Assembly (NCBI GenBank): GCA_000320545.1
Contig: ADNK01000461.1
Location: forward strand, 1-64,000
Origin: Bigelowiella natans CCMP2755
Lineage: Eukaryota > Protista > Cercozoa
Reading direction: 5' to 3'
Length of the DNA stretch: 64,000 bases
Notes under the pieces: model-generated
What the model saw: only the letters and a program-made list of their open reading frames with translations
Told to the model about the DNA's origin: nothing
Databases searched by the model: none
In this document: in pieces, positions 26,279-39,745 of the stretch
Layout: the number at the start of each line of letters is the position of its first letter
How positions within the stretch are numbered: the stretch's first letter is position 1
Program-made: the position numbers and the translations under genes

Positions 26279-28051
26279 CTAAATCCATCGCCTTTGTTGT
26301 TGCTGTCGAATACGCTTTGCAGTGTCTGCAAAACTAGTTGCAGCATCCGCCATCTGAAAGGAACAAAACTTGACAAATATACATCCTCAATAATAAGCGG
26401 GTATAATCTTACATCTGCGGCCTTTTCCTCCGTCTCTTGAAGCTCTTTTCCTCTTGCAACGGCTAGATTTTTGTTCTCGCTCATCAGCTAAGTGTTTGAC
26501 GAAGTGTTAGATCGCGCATTCTAGTTGATAGTAATCTTTACCTTTTTACTTGAACCTAAAATGTTGGACTGCTGGGAATCCTTTTCTTTGTAATTATACT
26601 TCTTCTTTACCGCGCTGCGAAAAGCCTATCGTAGGAAGAATATAATCAAGAAATTTTAGATACTGATTGGAATTCATTACCGCTCTCTCTTCAGGTGTTT
26701 GTGGTTTTTTCTCCCTCAGCATCCTTTTCTCCAAACGGGTCAACTATTGCAGAAAAACTGTCAGAACGAGATACGACAATATATACAAAATTTCAATCAC
26801 CTTTGTGTTTTTAGCTGGAGGAAGAATTTTCTCGGAGCTGCTCTTCTTGTCCTCGACGACTTTCAAAAGTGGTATGATAACACAACGTTGCAAAACTTAA
26901 TTGTTGAGTAGCAATAAAGGCAAACCTGTGCTCTCCTCATCTACTTCATCAATTTCTTCTCTCGCAGCTTCCATCTTTTTGAGGTCATCGCTAACAAAAT
27001 TAAAAGATGCTCAAATAGAAATAAATATATTTACAAATTAAATTAGTAACTGTAACTACATTTCTACATTTTGATTTTCTACTTATTTCGGATAAATTTT
27101 CCCTACGTACTTGATTATTGTGAATTTCGGCATCAGTAGTATCTCGTTGAAACAGAGATCGCAAACCCTGTAACCCTAATAAATAAGTGAGAAAATCGCT
27201 GATTGTCGGTGAATAATGTCATTGATATTCATGAATAATCATCCTCTGGCTAGAATTGGTAAGATCTTGTTCTCTTCCTCCTCCTCCTCCTCCTCCTCAA
27301 TAATTCGTAGTTAGCACCTTGCTGCTATTCGATACTCCTTGCAAGCTGCAACTCTTTCTTGAACAACTGCTGCATACCAACCTTAAACAATAGATCGTTA
27401 CTATCTCAGTTTTGTCTGCAATCCTCCATCAATTCACCCCCCACTCGTCGAGTTCGGAAGAAAGATCAACAAATAAGTAAATATTATTGTGAGCGATGAT
27501 AGGTTTATATAGATAATGTGGTTAATAATAATATATTGTTCTCGTCGTGTGGTGATGTCGATCTACTACGTTCCGCATCTCCTGCAGTGGTGTCGTCGTA
27601 GCATCATGCTCCAAGATCGTTGGCACAATGGACAACAATGCTAACCAAGTACCATAATAATCAATCATACAAGAACCAACGTCACGCATATGCAAAAATC
27701 CCGCAACCGCCACCAACATCATCATCACTACCATATGCCAATGCGATGAGAATGATTAATATATTATCATCAATATATGTACTAATGTTCCAAAGCACTT
27801 GTTCATCTTAGTGTTTTGTTACTGAATGATCGTCTGGCATCCATTCTTTGTCGTCCTTGTTTAAGACTGAGTATTGGAGTACTATTGTTTAATAAGACGA
27901 CGACATAAACTCTGGAAGAAGAGGAGGAGAGGGGGGAGGAGGAGGAGGAGGGCATTTTCGAAATAAATGATGTATATATAAAAGGGACACTTTCGTAAAT
28001 TGAGTTTCTGAAAAACAAATTTTAGACAACAAAATCTTCCATTCTTATATA

Positions 28052-28091
<40 letters not shown>

Positions 28092-28763
28092 GCATGTGTG
28101 TTTGTGTTGAAATAGGGGAGAGGTAAAGTGAGAATACAACATCCATATATGCAGCATGCAATCAAATGGTGACCCTTTTTCTCTGGAATGAGGACTGTGA
28201 GCTTGTCCCTCTCGTCTATTGCAGATTGTATTTCTGCGAACTCAGAGCTATTATAATTATTTCAAAGAAGAACAAGAACAAATACACAAATAATCCATGT
28301 ATTATGTTTCTACAGATATTTTCTTCAAATTATCAGATCTTCTTCTTCTTCTTCTTCTTCTTCTTCTTTCTTTAGTGTTACACCTTCCTGCTTGTTTACC
28401 CTGGCAATTTACCAGCTCTGGTCGAGCGCCATATTTCACTAAGACCTTACAGTACATTGAAATCATTTTTAAAAGATGATGTTGTCTTCTTTTCATTCAA
28501 TATTGTAGTTATCGACAAAAGCGAAATGTTAGAATATGCATATCAATACTAGCTAATCAACGATTAGTTTTCTTTTCTCTTCATTTCTATTTTTTATCTT
28601 ACTGGTCGTATGCTGCCGGTCGCCAAATGAAGAGGTGTATTTTTTACATTATCACAAGAGTTGATTTTCGCTCGCATTTTGAGTAAGAATTGAGCCTTTA
28701 AGGAATTCAAACAGCCCAATATATAAATATATATATATATATATCATATCATATATACTAACA

Positions 28764-28800
<37 letters not shown>

Positions 28801-29452
28801 GTACTCTCGCATCAAAACAATATGCAGCACACTACTACTAATAGGGATGGAATTAGACTAACATATCAAAATATGTATGTAAAAACTAGTAGGGATGATT
28901 CAGACGTTAAAACTAATAATTTCTTGACCGGTTGATTTTTGCATGCACAATTTGTCGTCAAGTGTATGTGGTTGTGTCGTGAAAATTGATGTAATTTAGA
29001 AGTATAGTAGTAGTAGTAGTAGTAGTAGTAGTATACATGCAAACAATAGATGATGACTTGTCACTAAATCTCGTGAAATGAATTTGAGATATGATTCAAA
29101 ATAAATCTGTATTTGTTTTTTATTATCTTCGTATTGTATGTATATCATGTGGATCTTCTATGCTTGTAGACGACGTTCTGTTTTTGTCATCCTCGTTCTT
29201 GAAGAATAAACGAATAATATCCCCATTGTTGCGTTTACGATAATATGATACAACATTGAAATATTATTATTAAATCACCGCTTCCTTTTGGTCATGAAGG
29301 GCTGCCTCATGTAGCGGAGTTCGGCCTACCAGCGAAAGGAGGACGCAGAAGGACATGAAGTAAGAGAATAATATTTCATACAAGTAGATACATAATGTGT
29401 AAAAGTGCAATTTTGCTTATCTCTATTGATATTTTTGAATCAATTGTATTTC

Positions 29453-29492
<40 letters not shown>

Positions 29493-32489
29493 ACCATTCT
29501 TCTTGTTGCAAACATCCACCAATTCTGGGTGCTTAGTCTGTAGTACCGGCAGCAGCAGCAAATTATGTAGAAGCGCATGTTATAATTTAGTATTATTATT
29601 AAATACTTGAAACAATTTAATCTGTACCAAGATGAGGGACAGTCCTTCGATAAAACCATTTCTCGCAGCAACATGCAGGATTGCTAAATTTAATAGTCAT
29701 CGGATGTAGACGCAAGAAACACGCACACAAAGAATCAGAAATACACACACGTACGCACAGAATTTTTAGCACCGATCAAAAAATTATTGACAGTTCGTAA
29801 TACATCCGATATAAATGATTGAATTATTGACAGTTCGTAACACATCCGATATAAATGATTGAAACAGATTATCACACATTAAAAGACTGACTCTCACAGC
29901 TATGATAGTCGCAAACAACAAATACAACGATGGTTAGGTGTTACATTCGCCTTCTTCATCTCGCTCAGAGAGAATCTGTTCAGGTGGCAAAATAATAAGT
30001 TGAAACTGAAAGTAAAGAATCCTTACATTGCAGGCCCATTATCATTATCAAAGTTGCTATTCTATAGTCGAAATAACAATTCTACCTCACTGTAAAACAT
30101 TGCTGCTACTGCTGCTGCAAATGAGAAAAACTAGTACAAAATGACCATCATCTAAATCACAACAGTGATGTACTTTGTTGAAGCAATCTGCACTCTTTAA
30201 GAACAAATCAAAAATAGCAGCATTCTTTCTTTCTGCCACCGCCAACCAGGCAATGGAATGAACTCCAGATATCGATCCTCCTGATAGCCTATAAGACCAT
30301 CAATATCATAACCAAGCCAACAAAATAATTCTTCCAAGATTTCGTGGTGTCTACTTCTCTCTCTCTCTCTCCCTTTCTATCTGAAGCTGGCCAATACAAA
30401 CGCTGCTGCTGCTGTTATTTTAGCCACATCAGAGGCACAATAGCAGCAGCAGTAGTCATGGTAGTTGTAGTAATACCCAATTCTGCGAGTGGGATCTGCA
30501 TTAGAATGAATGAGTGCTTGCACGCTCTCGATGTCGTCTTTACGCACTGCCACCTCCAAAGGAAGAACCTTCGACATCATATTATCATTATTGTTGTTGT
30601 TGTTGGTGGTGGTGGTTACTTCTGCTACAGATATGCAGGTGGTAGGCTAGAATCTAGGCTCATTTCTCGTGTTTCGTCTCCATTTCTTTTTCGTGTATAG
30701 ATTTGATGCTGAAAATGGTCTTCGTTTAATGACAACCCCATCTCTATTAGGCATATCCACAGCAGGCCTAGCAGCATTACACAGGAGCTGTAGTATGCCA
30801 TGAAGGCCCTTTGCAAATGGAGGAGGAGAAAGGTAGGAAGAGAGAATAAAAGATGGACGGTTAATAATCAGCAGCATGTTTTCATTAGTCCCTGGCAATC
30901 GATTCACTGCTTTATTCATCATTACATGATTAATAGCAATATGGAATGTCGTCTGTCCTTCACTGTCTTTAAAGTGAGGCTGGGCCCCTAATAAGTACAT
31001 TAGAGGTGGCGCGTTTAAGAATGGAAATGATGATTTTCATGGTAGATGTTTGTTCTTATTACCATTTTCCAAAAGAAGATCAACGATATCCACGTCAGGG
31101 TTGCTGTCGATAAATTTATTTTACGGCAATTCGATGAAGCTTGCTGTTTTTAGGAAGGGCACTCCTCACTACTGCTACTGCTGCTGCTGCTGCTACTACT
31201 GCTACTACTACTACTACCTAGACGGATGCACAGCAAGATGCAATGCACAGTTGCCATCCAGGTTCTTCAAATTCACGTTAGCTTTTCCCTCTATCAATCG
31301 CTTAACTTCCGAAGTTTTGCCGTTGTGAATACACCAATGCAAGTTGCCTTTATGTAGGTCAGTCGACGACGCGTATTTCTGCACCCCTTTCATATTTTTC
31401 TTCAGATGTGACTGAGCTGTAGCTCTAACAATAAGATTTTTAACAGGAATAAATGGAAGTGATGCACATGATCAATGTCGCTACTTACTTTACAAGGGTG
31501 ATCCACATCTCTCGGGTATCTTCGTCTGGGAATCTACATTATTTAAAAGAACACAATAGACTGATTACCACTTTTATCGTCACACTTCATGAAATGAATT
31601 ATTTTCGCAACCCCAGAACGACATAGTCCTTATCATCCTTTTTTTTAATCTTGATTGCGTTACGCATCTACAAAACAGGACAATAACTCAGAGCATCAAT
31701 AACACATGGTGAATTGTATTAGATGAATCCAAATGGCAATAATAATACCCTTATCAAACCCTTACTAACGTCTTCATCCAAGAATATTTTGTCTTTTGGA
31801 AGGAATAAAAATCAGAACGGGGTTGTTGAGAATTACATGTTAGCGTCATTGCAAGTTCTCTTCGGAAGATATATAAAATAAGTTCACCTAGAGGATAAAT
31901 TTCTTTGGGAAGAAGCATGTCTTTATTACTCTTGGATGTCTTACAGACACATATCTGAGCCACAAAGTAGATCATGCTGTTGCGGGATAAAGATTAGTCT
32001 TTACTAATTCTGGATTACCACGTCGTTGAAGAGGACAAGGGTTCGCTCCGTTTTATTTATCTTCCCTTGCTTCATGACCTTGCGAGGTAGTACAATTTGC
32101 TTTTACCATTGCTGAGAATAAATCAGATGCAACAAACTATACACCTTTGCCTCTTTAATCAGATGCCTCCCCGGAATAGCTAGTGATTCGCCACTGAACA
32201 CGGTAAAATGAAATAACATAGAGTCCAATTCAAGCACGAAATTGGATGTTGATTCAACAGAAGATATAGTTGTAGAAGACAATAGTAAATCAATAAATCT
32301 CCCTCCTCCTCTTTTCCTGTCGTCAACTGAGAGTACGTGTCGGTATTGACGAATCGCTGCAGGACGGTCCTATCCACCGTTATTCCCTATTTTGGATAAG
32401 ATTGATAGTAAGTATTTCACCAAAATTGTTTGGCAATGGACCTTTCCAGGTAGGGCCTCTCCCCCCCCGCCTTTCTTAGAATCCGCCAT
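26279..32489 (-). CDS. Multidomain protein: PH-like + ankyrin repeats + FYVE zinc finger + C-terminal R-SNARE-like coil, multi-exon
   Basis: PH-like KVMKQGKINKTERTLVLFND; ankyrin motifs NLDGNCALHLA, DSEGQTTFHIA, GRTPLHEAA, NTPLHLA; FYVE WMPDD / CPLCQRSWSMMLRRHHCRRCG / VCSSCS / RVCDLCF; terminal MSENKNLAVARGKELQETEEKAADMADAATSFADTAKRIR. Probable start MADSKKGGGG at 32489. Confidence 0.8.
29782..29861. repeat. 40-bp tandem duplication in an intron
   Basis: Two copies of AATTATTGACAGTTCGTAA(T/C)ACATCCGATATAAATGATTG with a single mismatch, 29801 T vs 29841 C. Confidence 0.95.
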
Positions 32490-33259
32490 CAGCAACTCCA
32501 AGTTTAAGTATCTACTTGGGCAGACTAGGAGTGTTTTTTTTGTTGTGGTAGGAAATTGCAGTTTCTGTTGGTACTTCTGTGGTATATATTTGATCTATTA
32601 TATTGCTAGATCTTAAAAAGAGATCGAGATATCTGTACACTGCCTGCGCAGAACTAGTTTTGCAGTAGAAGTATGCATAACAAAAAAAGTATTACTAGAT
32701 CTAGGACTAGATTTTATATCTTAGCGCAACCAAGAGGAGGGAGGTTTCCTATCAAAAAAAGTGTCCTTTTCTATGTCGCAGTACGTATTTGTTCGTTGAG
32801 AAATTTAAAAAAAAAGGATGGACAAACAAGCTAGAAGCACTTGTAGCACTAGGACTCACCCGTAGGTCAAGGTCCTCCTCCTCCTCCTCCTCCTCCTCCT
32901 CCTCCTCCTCCTCCTCCTCTTGCGTAAACTACTTTCCTAGTACTCACTTACTAACTGTGGTCGTCGTCATCGTCGACCATTACGTAACCTTAAACACACA
33001 ACACACGGGATTACATTGTACAAATTTGTCACCAGTCACGAACTGTCACTCGCTGAATCGTATCCCTTGAAGTATGTCATGAATTATGGGAAAGGACGGC
33101 GGTCCTATCTACGGATACGGACACTTTATTCATTTATAAGGCTCGAGGTGGTAGCAGAAGAAGCAGCAGCAGCAGCAGCTTTTCTGGTGGTATTTTTCTC
33201 TTCACCTGGATAGAGTCCTTCATACTGAATGAAACGGCAAAAAAGAAAGAGAGCTTATC

Positions 33260-34281
33260 ATGAGGAGGAGGAGGAGGAAACCCATGATGGGAAACAACCC
33301 CGACGGGTTCGCACAGGTTCAATTATTCTATTTCTATTCGTAAACGATGCACAGTATCAAATCTAACAAGTATGGCATTTATTTGGAACAGGATATTTCT
33401 TATGACTCGATGATGTAATTAGCAGAACATAAACCTCCAAACACTGAGACGAAGAAGATATGTAATGCTACTAAAAGCAACATTAAGGTGTATGATAATA
33501 ACCGTAATAATATCCAACGCAAGCCGTCTTAATAGCTTCATTTTGATCAGATACTCGAGCTGCTTTCCATCGTAATACCTCATATATTATCGACTTTTTG
33601 GTATATCTTTTGTCTGATATTATTAAAATGCATGAAAATAACCGGTTGGCTTCGTATAATCCTGCGAGTTATTGAAGTATTGACAAACGAAAATTCTGAT
33701 CATCCTAAGGTTTGCAAGGACGCTTTTCAAGCAAAAAATTTTGACGAACGGTTGAAAAATATCAAACAGAGTTTCTTCGAAAGAAAGTATTGCAAAATTA
33801 GCAATAAAACTCTTCTTATATTTTGGACTGTTTAGCATTCCTTGAAATATGACTACTACTACTACTAATACTACCTCAGTTATGAAGACGTGTTTTCGAA
33901 ACCAGAGAATCTTTGCTTGTACGCTGCTCAGTAAGAACAATCACCGATTTCATGGAGACGACACAAATTAATACTATGAAGGCAAATGTCGACTAAGTGC
34001 AACGATGGTGATTCTGGATGATATTCAGATACGTGCCTCCAAGAGCAATGTGCTATTATAATGTAGATTAAAAACTAATATCGAACGAACTCTTCTATCT
34101 ATTCTGTATTAGCGCTTAATTTTGCACCCCCCATCATGAGAAGAAGAAAGCAATTGATTGTTTGTACATATACAGTTCCTACGGAAACATGGACAAATTT
34201 TTGGAGAGCGCTTTTGCCCGCCAGATCCATCCAAATGGCTTTCAAAAAAGTGCTAGCGTAGTTATTACACTGTGCTATTTG

Positions 34282-34344
<63 letters not shown>

Positions 34345-34710
34345 GGTCTTTCTAATATTTTTATATATAATGAATGTATATTAATAAGTATATTATACTT
34401 AAATTGCGCTTGTTTGTGTTAGCTCGCGTGTATACATAATCGTCTTGTTGAACGTACTTACGCATATATGCATTATATATACGTAATATATTGTTTTGTA
34501 CTATTCTTCTGAAAAGAGGCAAACGTCGCAAAACTACAATACATTGCATCGGGGGTGGGCCAGGAAGGTACCTAGGACGACTAATAATAAAAGCTTGTTT
34601 GTTGTTGTTGTTGTTTCCAAACACTAGCATCATCTCCTTGGTTGGTTAGTTGGTTGGTGTTGGCATTCACGGTCTACTACTACTACTACTACTACTACAA
34701 TTACTACCAT

Positions 34711-34746
<36 letters not shown>

Positions 34747-34806
34747 GCGAGGCCATTGGAATTTCACGTTTCTTGTCTGATGAGCTGCTGCTGCTGCTCT
34801 TGGATC

Positions 34807-34837
<31 letters not shown>

Positions 34838-35376
34838 CAGTTGTTGTAGTAGCAATCGAGGAGGAAGAGGAAGCTCCTCGCAAGGATCATTACCAGGGTC
34901 ATCTATACTTCCACCTCCGCCACGTGTGCACATACACACGTACGACAGAAGCGACTTCTCCTGGTTGTTGTATGTAATAATCACGTTTCTACTTATTATT
35001 TTCAATGTACGTAGATATTATTATTATCCTAGATGCTCTTGTGCTGCCTTCATTTTCCAAATTTTCTGGAATTTAGTGTGATTACTTGCAAATCATACTG
35101 CAAGGAACTGCCGCGAGAAATTCAAATATTTTATTTTCCGCTGCCAACTCTTCGATTTTATCCTACCTTCATTATCGTTGTTTCCTCCTTGTAGGCTGTT
35201 CTCTAAGGCAGATGGGTACAAGAAGCTCGTGAGATCATGGTCGTTATCGCAATAATAATAATAATGATAATAATAATAATGGTAATAATACGATTAAACG
35301 ACAAGGATGAGACGACGACGACGAAGATTATCGATAATCCGGAATAGAATGAACAGTGGAACTTTGACACAGCAGT

Positions 35377-35409
<33 letters not shown>

Positions 35410-36012
35410 TTATTTTGATACATACCTTTTATCATTAATATTTTTATTACCGTTACTACTACTGTCATCATTGCATGATGATTAAGACTGTTTTGGTAGA
35501 CAACACGATGGTGCCATGCATCAAAATAATTTGATGACGATGATGGTGATGATGATGATGATAGTGACAACGAGGATAGATCAATAGATAACGACGACAT
35601 ACTACTACGATGCTGCTGCTGCTGCTGCTTAAGCGTCGTCGTCTTTGTTGTTGTTGTTGTTGTCGCGTGTTCGTATTTGATTGATACTACTCTCTGTTGT
35701 AAAAGGTTCTGCGATAAGACCACTTTCCCTACTACTACTATATCAACAAAGAAGAAGAAGAAGACAATGACGACAACGGCGCCAATCTTACACTTTGAGC
35801 AGCTAGATGTTCTTCATCCTACAGAGAAGGTAGAATAGTCTTGTTATTTCTTGTATTGTTTTGATACTTTATTATTAGGATCCATTCCTTCAGTTTCTTT
35901 GCAATTATTATCACAAATTGTTGAGAACCAAAATAAATCAATCCCCCCCCTCATCAATCATATCATTATTTACTTAAATACACATATGCGGATGGGAAAG
36001 ACATTCCAAATG

Positions 36013-36054
<42 letters not shown>

Positions 36055-36486
36055 GTTTTTAAATTATGGAAACGCGCACATCTGGTAAAATTTCGAATAT
36101 ATCTTCTTCATAGTATTATCTCCGTCATCAGAATTTTGTGGTAGTAAATTGAAGCCGTGACAAAAAAATTCAGATGGGACCCTTAATCCTTGAAGAGAAG
36201 CAATAATCACTATTTTGCATCTTCGTTGCTATTCATCTAAATCCTGTTTGCAGATCACGTTCTGCTTTGTGGTGGCGGAGTTGTTCAAAGCAGATGGAGA
36301 TAATACTCTTTTGCTTTTTCGACGATTGAGAGACCAGATGTCCAAGCGGGGGGCCATGATTCTGGTATAGTCATAGATGTATAGGAAGATATATTCGCAG
36401 CGAACACATTTGTGTAGGTAGCACACAACGTTTCATTTCTTGTGTCCCTTCTTTCCTCCCTCTTGAACAGTCCTTCTCCTCCCCCT

Positions 36487-36534
<48 letters not shown>

Positions 36535-37013
36535 ATATCTCTTATTATGTAGGTAATTGAGTCGGCAGGAACTTTTTCTTTTGTCAAACCCAAGAAGGTC
36601 TTATTTCAATCTGATTTTAAATGATTCGTGGATTTTCTGCTGTGCTGTAGGCGGCGTATTCCCCTTTTTTATGTGCTCGTTTATTCATTGCCAAGGTTGG
36701 TGGACAAAAGCAATGGATTTATTGCATACTAGATCGTTTGCTATTGGAGAGGAATAGTGAAGGTAATTTTCCGCGAAATATTATAATTTAGTACAATAAA
36801 ACAGTCCTTTTGCCGATGATCTTTCAGGTGTAAGTACTTGGGAGTGTGTTGCTAAATCAGATTCAGAATGGTACTGTCATATTTACGCATAAGAAAGGAA
36901 CTATTTGAGTTAAATAAAATAACCGCAGGTTTCGTTTGGAAAAGGGATTGGATTATCCTTTGAAATTAAACAATATGAGATATTTCTACAGGTTGTATCG
37001 TAGGAAACAGTGA
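33260..37013 (+). CDS. Bmt6-like (Methyltransf_34/DUF3115) LSU rRNA m3U methyltransferase, many short exons (start uncertain)
   Basis: Exons read by eye: RLKNIKQSFFER..YEDVFSKPENLCLYAA; IASGVGQE (SAM-binding loop); YDRSDFS; LDVL; ITFCFVVAELF...LLLFRRL...GAMIL; VIESAGTFS; terminal WFRLEKGLDYPLKLNNMRYFYRLYRRKQ-stop. This order and the C-terminal motif match my recollection of yeast Bmt6. Confidence 0.7.
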
Positions 37014-37039
37014 ACTAGTTTTGGTTGAATTCAGCTCGT

Positions 37040-38260
37040 GTGCTGAAGACTGCATGGTCACTGTCTTACGGATGATTGGTCTCAACAAATGCATGCTCGT
37101 TGCGTCAAAAATCCTTTTGTTTGGGTGTTGACCTTGTGCAACTATCGCCATTTCTTCAAATTGAAACTCACATCTTGAATGCCATGCACACACTTGCATG
37201 GCGAGCCTTGTCATTTGCAGCATTCTGGCATTCAGACATCACATTGCTAGATGTCGGGTGGGGCTGAGATTGGCCGCAATCGCAAGGGCCAGTTGCGCTC
37301 TTCAAAATGAACCAATCACATTTTTTTCTGACTGCGTTGGGGTCGCATCATTTTTCGATGAAAATGCAGACGACCATGCTCATTTCCCCTCCACCCACGC
37401 CAGCACGTTCGCTCATTGCAGCGCTGGAGTTTGTGTGCGCGCGTGTGCACGCGCTGCTGAGTGAAATCGATGCAGAATCATGCAAGTGATGCGTGAGAGC
37501 ATCGCAAAAATGCAAGCGTCATCCACAAACCATCAATGCACATGCGTGCTGAGCACAAGCACGCTCACAGGTGGCGACGGGCGATGATGTGCACGCAGTG
37601 CCATGCACAATGCTAGAATGTGACAATTGCGCGCGCACTTTTTGGTCTAGCGCAGCGAATTTTTGTCCAATTTCGGATTTTTTTGCAGATTCAGAACTGT
37701 CATGATCAGCGCTTTGAGGAGGTCTAGAGGTGTCAACCATTTCAATCAACAGCCAGTGCACTTGTTTGAAAAGTGCTCAAGTTTCAAAAAACCCATCAAA
37801 ATTGCCATACTGGCGTAATTGTGCACCAAAAACAGCTGTTTCTGGGCGTTTTCATGCATGGTCATTGTGAAATTTGAGCACTTTGTGCGCGCGCGGTGCA
37901 TTTTTGCAGTTGAATGCGTGTGCGTCCGCCTCGGCACGCAGAGGAATGTGGGGAAAAGAACAGTGCAAAAACTCCATTGCAAAAACCCACGAAACCTGCC
38001 ATGTGCGGGGTTTGACCAAGTTGTACGTGTGATGACGATGCGATGTGTTGGCATCACAAGTCTAGAAGTGCATGATAGTCGACAACAACATCGGCAGTTT
38101 CGATCATGCCCTCGTGCGCACAACGCTAGAACGGCATACGATGTGTGAGGAAGATGTGCGTGCTGCGCTAGAACTGCATACGATGTGTGAGGAAGATGTG
38201 CATGACGCACATCACGCAATGCTAGAATGTCATGTGTGTCTCATCATCAACACGACGGTA
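37040..38260. other. TpA-depleted, CTAG-retaining intergenic island
   Basis: Between ~37146 and 37806 the only TA dinucleotides are four CTAG sites. The region is TG/CA/CG rich and has no credible coding signal. Confidence 0.85.
38124..38202. repeat. 42-bp-period tandem duplication
   Basis: CGCTAGAAC(G/T)GCATACGATGTGTGAGGAAGATGTGC at 38124 and 38166. Confidence 0.9.
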
Positions 38261-38318
38261 ATACGTTCTTCCAGATGATAGCATGTAATTTTCTCCAGCA
38301 ATCCAGTTCTAGACTTGC

Positions 38319-38936
38319 TCATTCATCCGCATCAGAACGTATCTGCTCAAGTTTGGTACCCACAATATTGAAAAAGGCAGCAATGGAATCTTCCTCAATG
38401 CCATTAACAATCCTTTTCCCCACCTTAACCATCGGTTGTGCTACAAAACCCTCTTCAATCTCAACTCCATATCCCTGGACCCATTTCCCCCCATATTCAT
38501 TTATTATGGCTTCTCCAAGGTAAGATCCGAGCATAGACATCATTCTCTCTGCGCTGCCTTCACGAATCCAAGTTCTTCTGTTTCGGTCTATCAGATCATC
38601 GACATAAGCTACAGAGTCCTCGTCGAGTCCGAATTCAAAATTATTCCCTCCAAAAAGGCGCGCCATTTTATCAATAACGGCCTGGCTGTTCGCTTCAATT
38701 TGTTCTTGCACTTCCTCAGGTATATCAGCGGGAGTTTCAGGGGAGCATTTAACGCCAATAGACCTACAGCACAAGCACTTTGAGCAAACGGGAGCACAGC
38801 TGACAGAATCATGTACCTTCTGTGCCCAGTAGAAGAAGTGAGTGGGCGCCAAGAAACTTGTGCAAATTTTAAGGGACGTGGCAGTGGATGCTTGTGATGT
38901 GATACAGCCTAAAATGAACATTGGTATGTGATTTTG

Positions 38937-39018
<82 letters not shown>

Positions 39019-39220
39019 TATTGGTGAAATATTAACATCTTACCTTCATTCCGACGTATTTTACTTTGGAACTTGATATGGCACCGCTTGATCCAAGGAT
39101 CACCAAAAATATGCTCACTGCAACGCAAACTACAGATCGTAATTCAAACCTACTTTTATGATGTGCACGAAACATTCTTGTATGCTCTTCCTGGCCTGCC
39201 ACAAACAGCAACGTGGACAC
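38319..39220 (-). CDS. Protein with signal-peptide-like leader and a bacterial-type (DUF3806/DUF6278-like) domain, 2 exons
   Basis: Exon 1 has a hydrophobic stretch VVCVAVSIFLVILGSSG, followed by an intron with (CT)n(TA)n(GA)n. Exon 2 is Ser/Thr/Cys-rich and then reads SVAYVDDLID...LGSYLGEAIINEYGGKW...PMVKVGKRIVNG.EDSIAAFF. Confidence 0.7.
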
Positions 39221-39745
39221 GAGCTAACGGAATCCAGAATTGTGGGATCCGATATGAGGTGGATCACGGGAGAACCTCGAGATATTTTTGTTTATCAGAA
39301 AGGGGTACAAGGGTACTTGGTTTCACATATTTTCTGTACCCCTACGGTAGATCTAGAAATCGCCAAGAATGCAAATAATCGTAGCATGCGTTTCCTCCCA
39401 GAATACCCCTTCTTACAGATTTATTTTGTGAATACGTAGTAGTCTATTTCCCTGAGGGCCTGAGGGGGGTGTCTTAAATCCTATACCCCATAATAATTTG
39501 TTGCCTTGATGATATGTTTTCATACCTACGACAACATATATATATATGATTTTTGGGCATTAACGAGGTGGAATCCCCAGCAAAAATGCAAAAATGTTAT
39601 TGTACCGTACCCCATACATCATAAGCATTTTCCATGACAATTCTTAACAGCGACAACACCGATAGCCTAACTTCCGAAAAGATATCTGATCGTCACCCCG
39701 CGCCGACTCAACAAAGCATACACGTCGCCCGCCTCCACAGCCAAC

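Noticed and set aside
34642-35081. Poly-Tyr/poly-Leu/poly-Ser and other microsatellite-derived ORFs (also THTHTH, RERERE, YIYIYI types elsewhere)
   Set aside because: These are translations of intronic simple repeats, not independent genes.
33328-36593. Minus-strand ORFs (e.g. 33623-33940, 36229-36426) as an upstream part of the ankyrin/FYVE gene
   Set aside because: Splice signals and protein motifs support a plus-strand Bmt6-like gene here. The minus-strand ORFs are shadows.
38124-38202. Short direct repeats (also 29782 and 45897) as CRISPR-like arrays
   Set aside because: Only two adjacent copies each, no unique spacer series, eukaryotic context and no cas genes.
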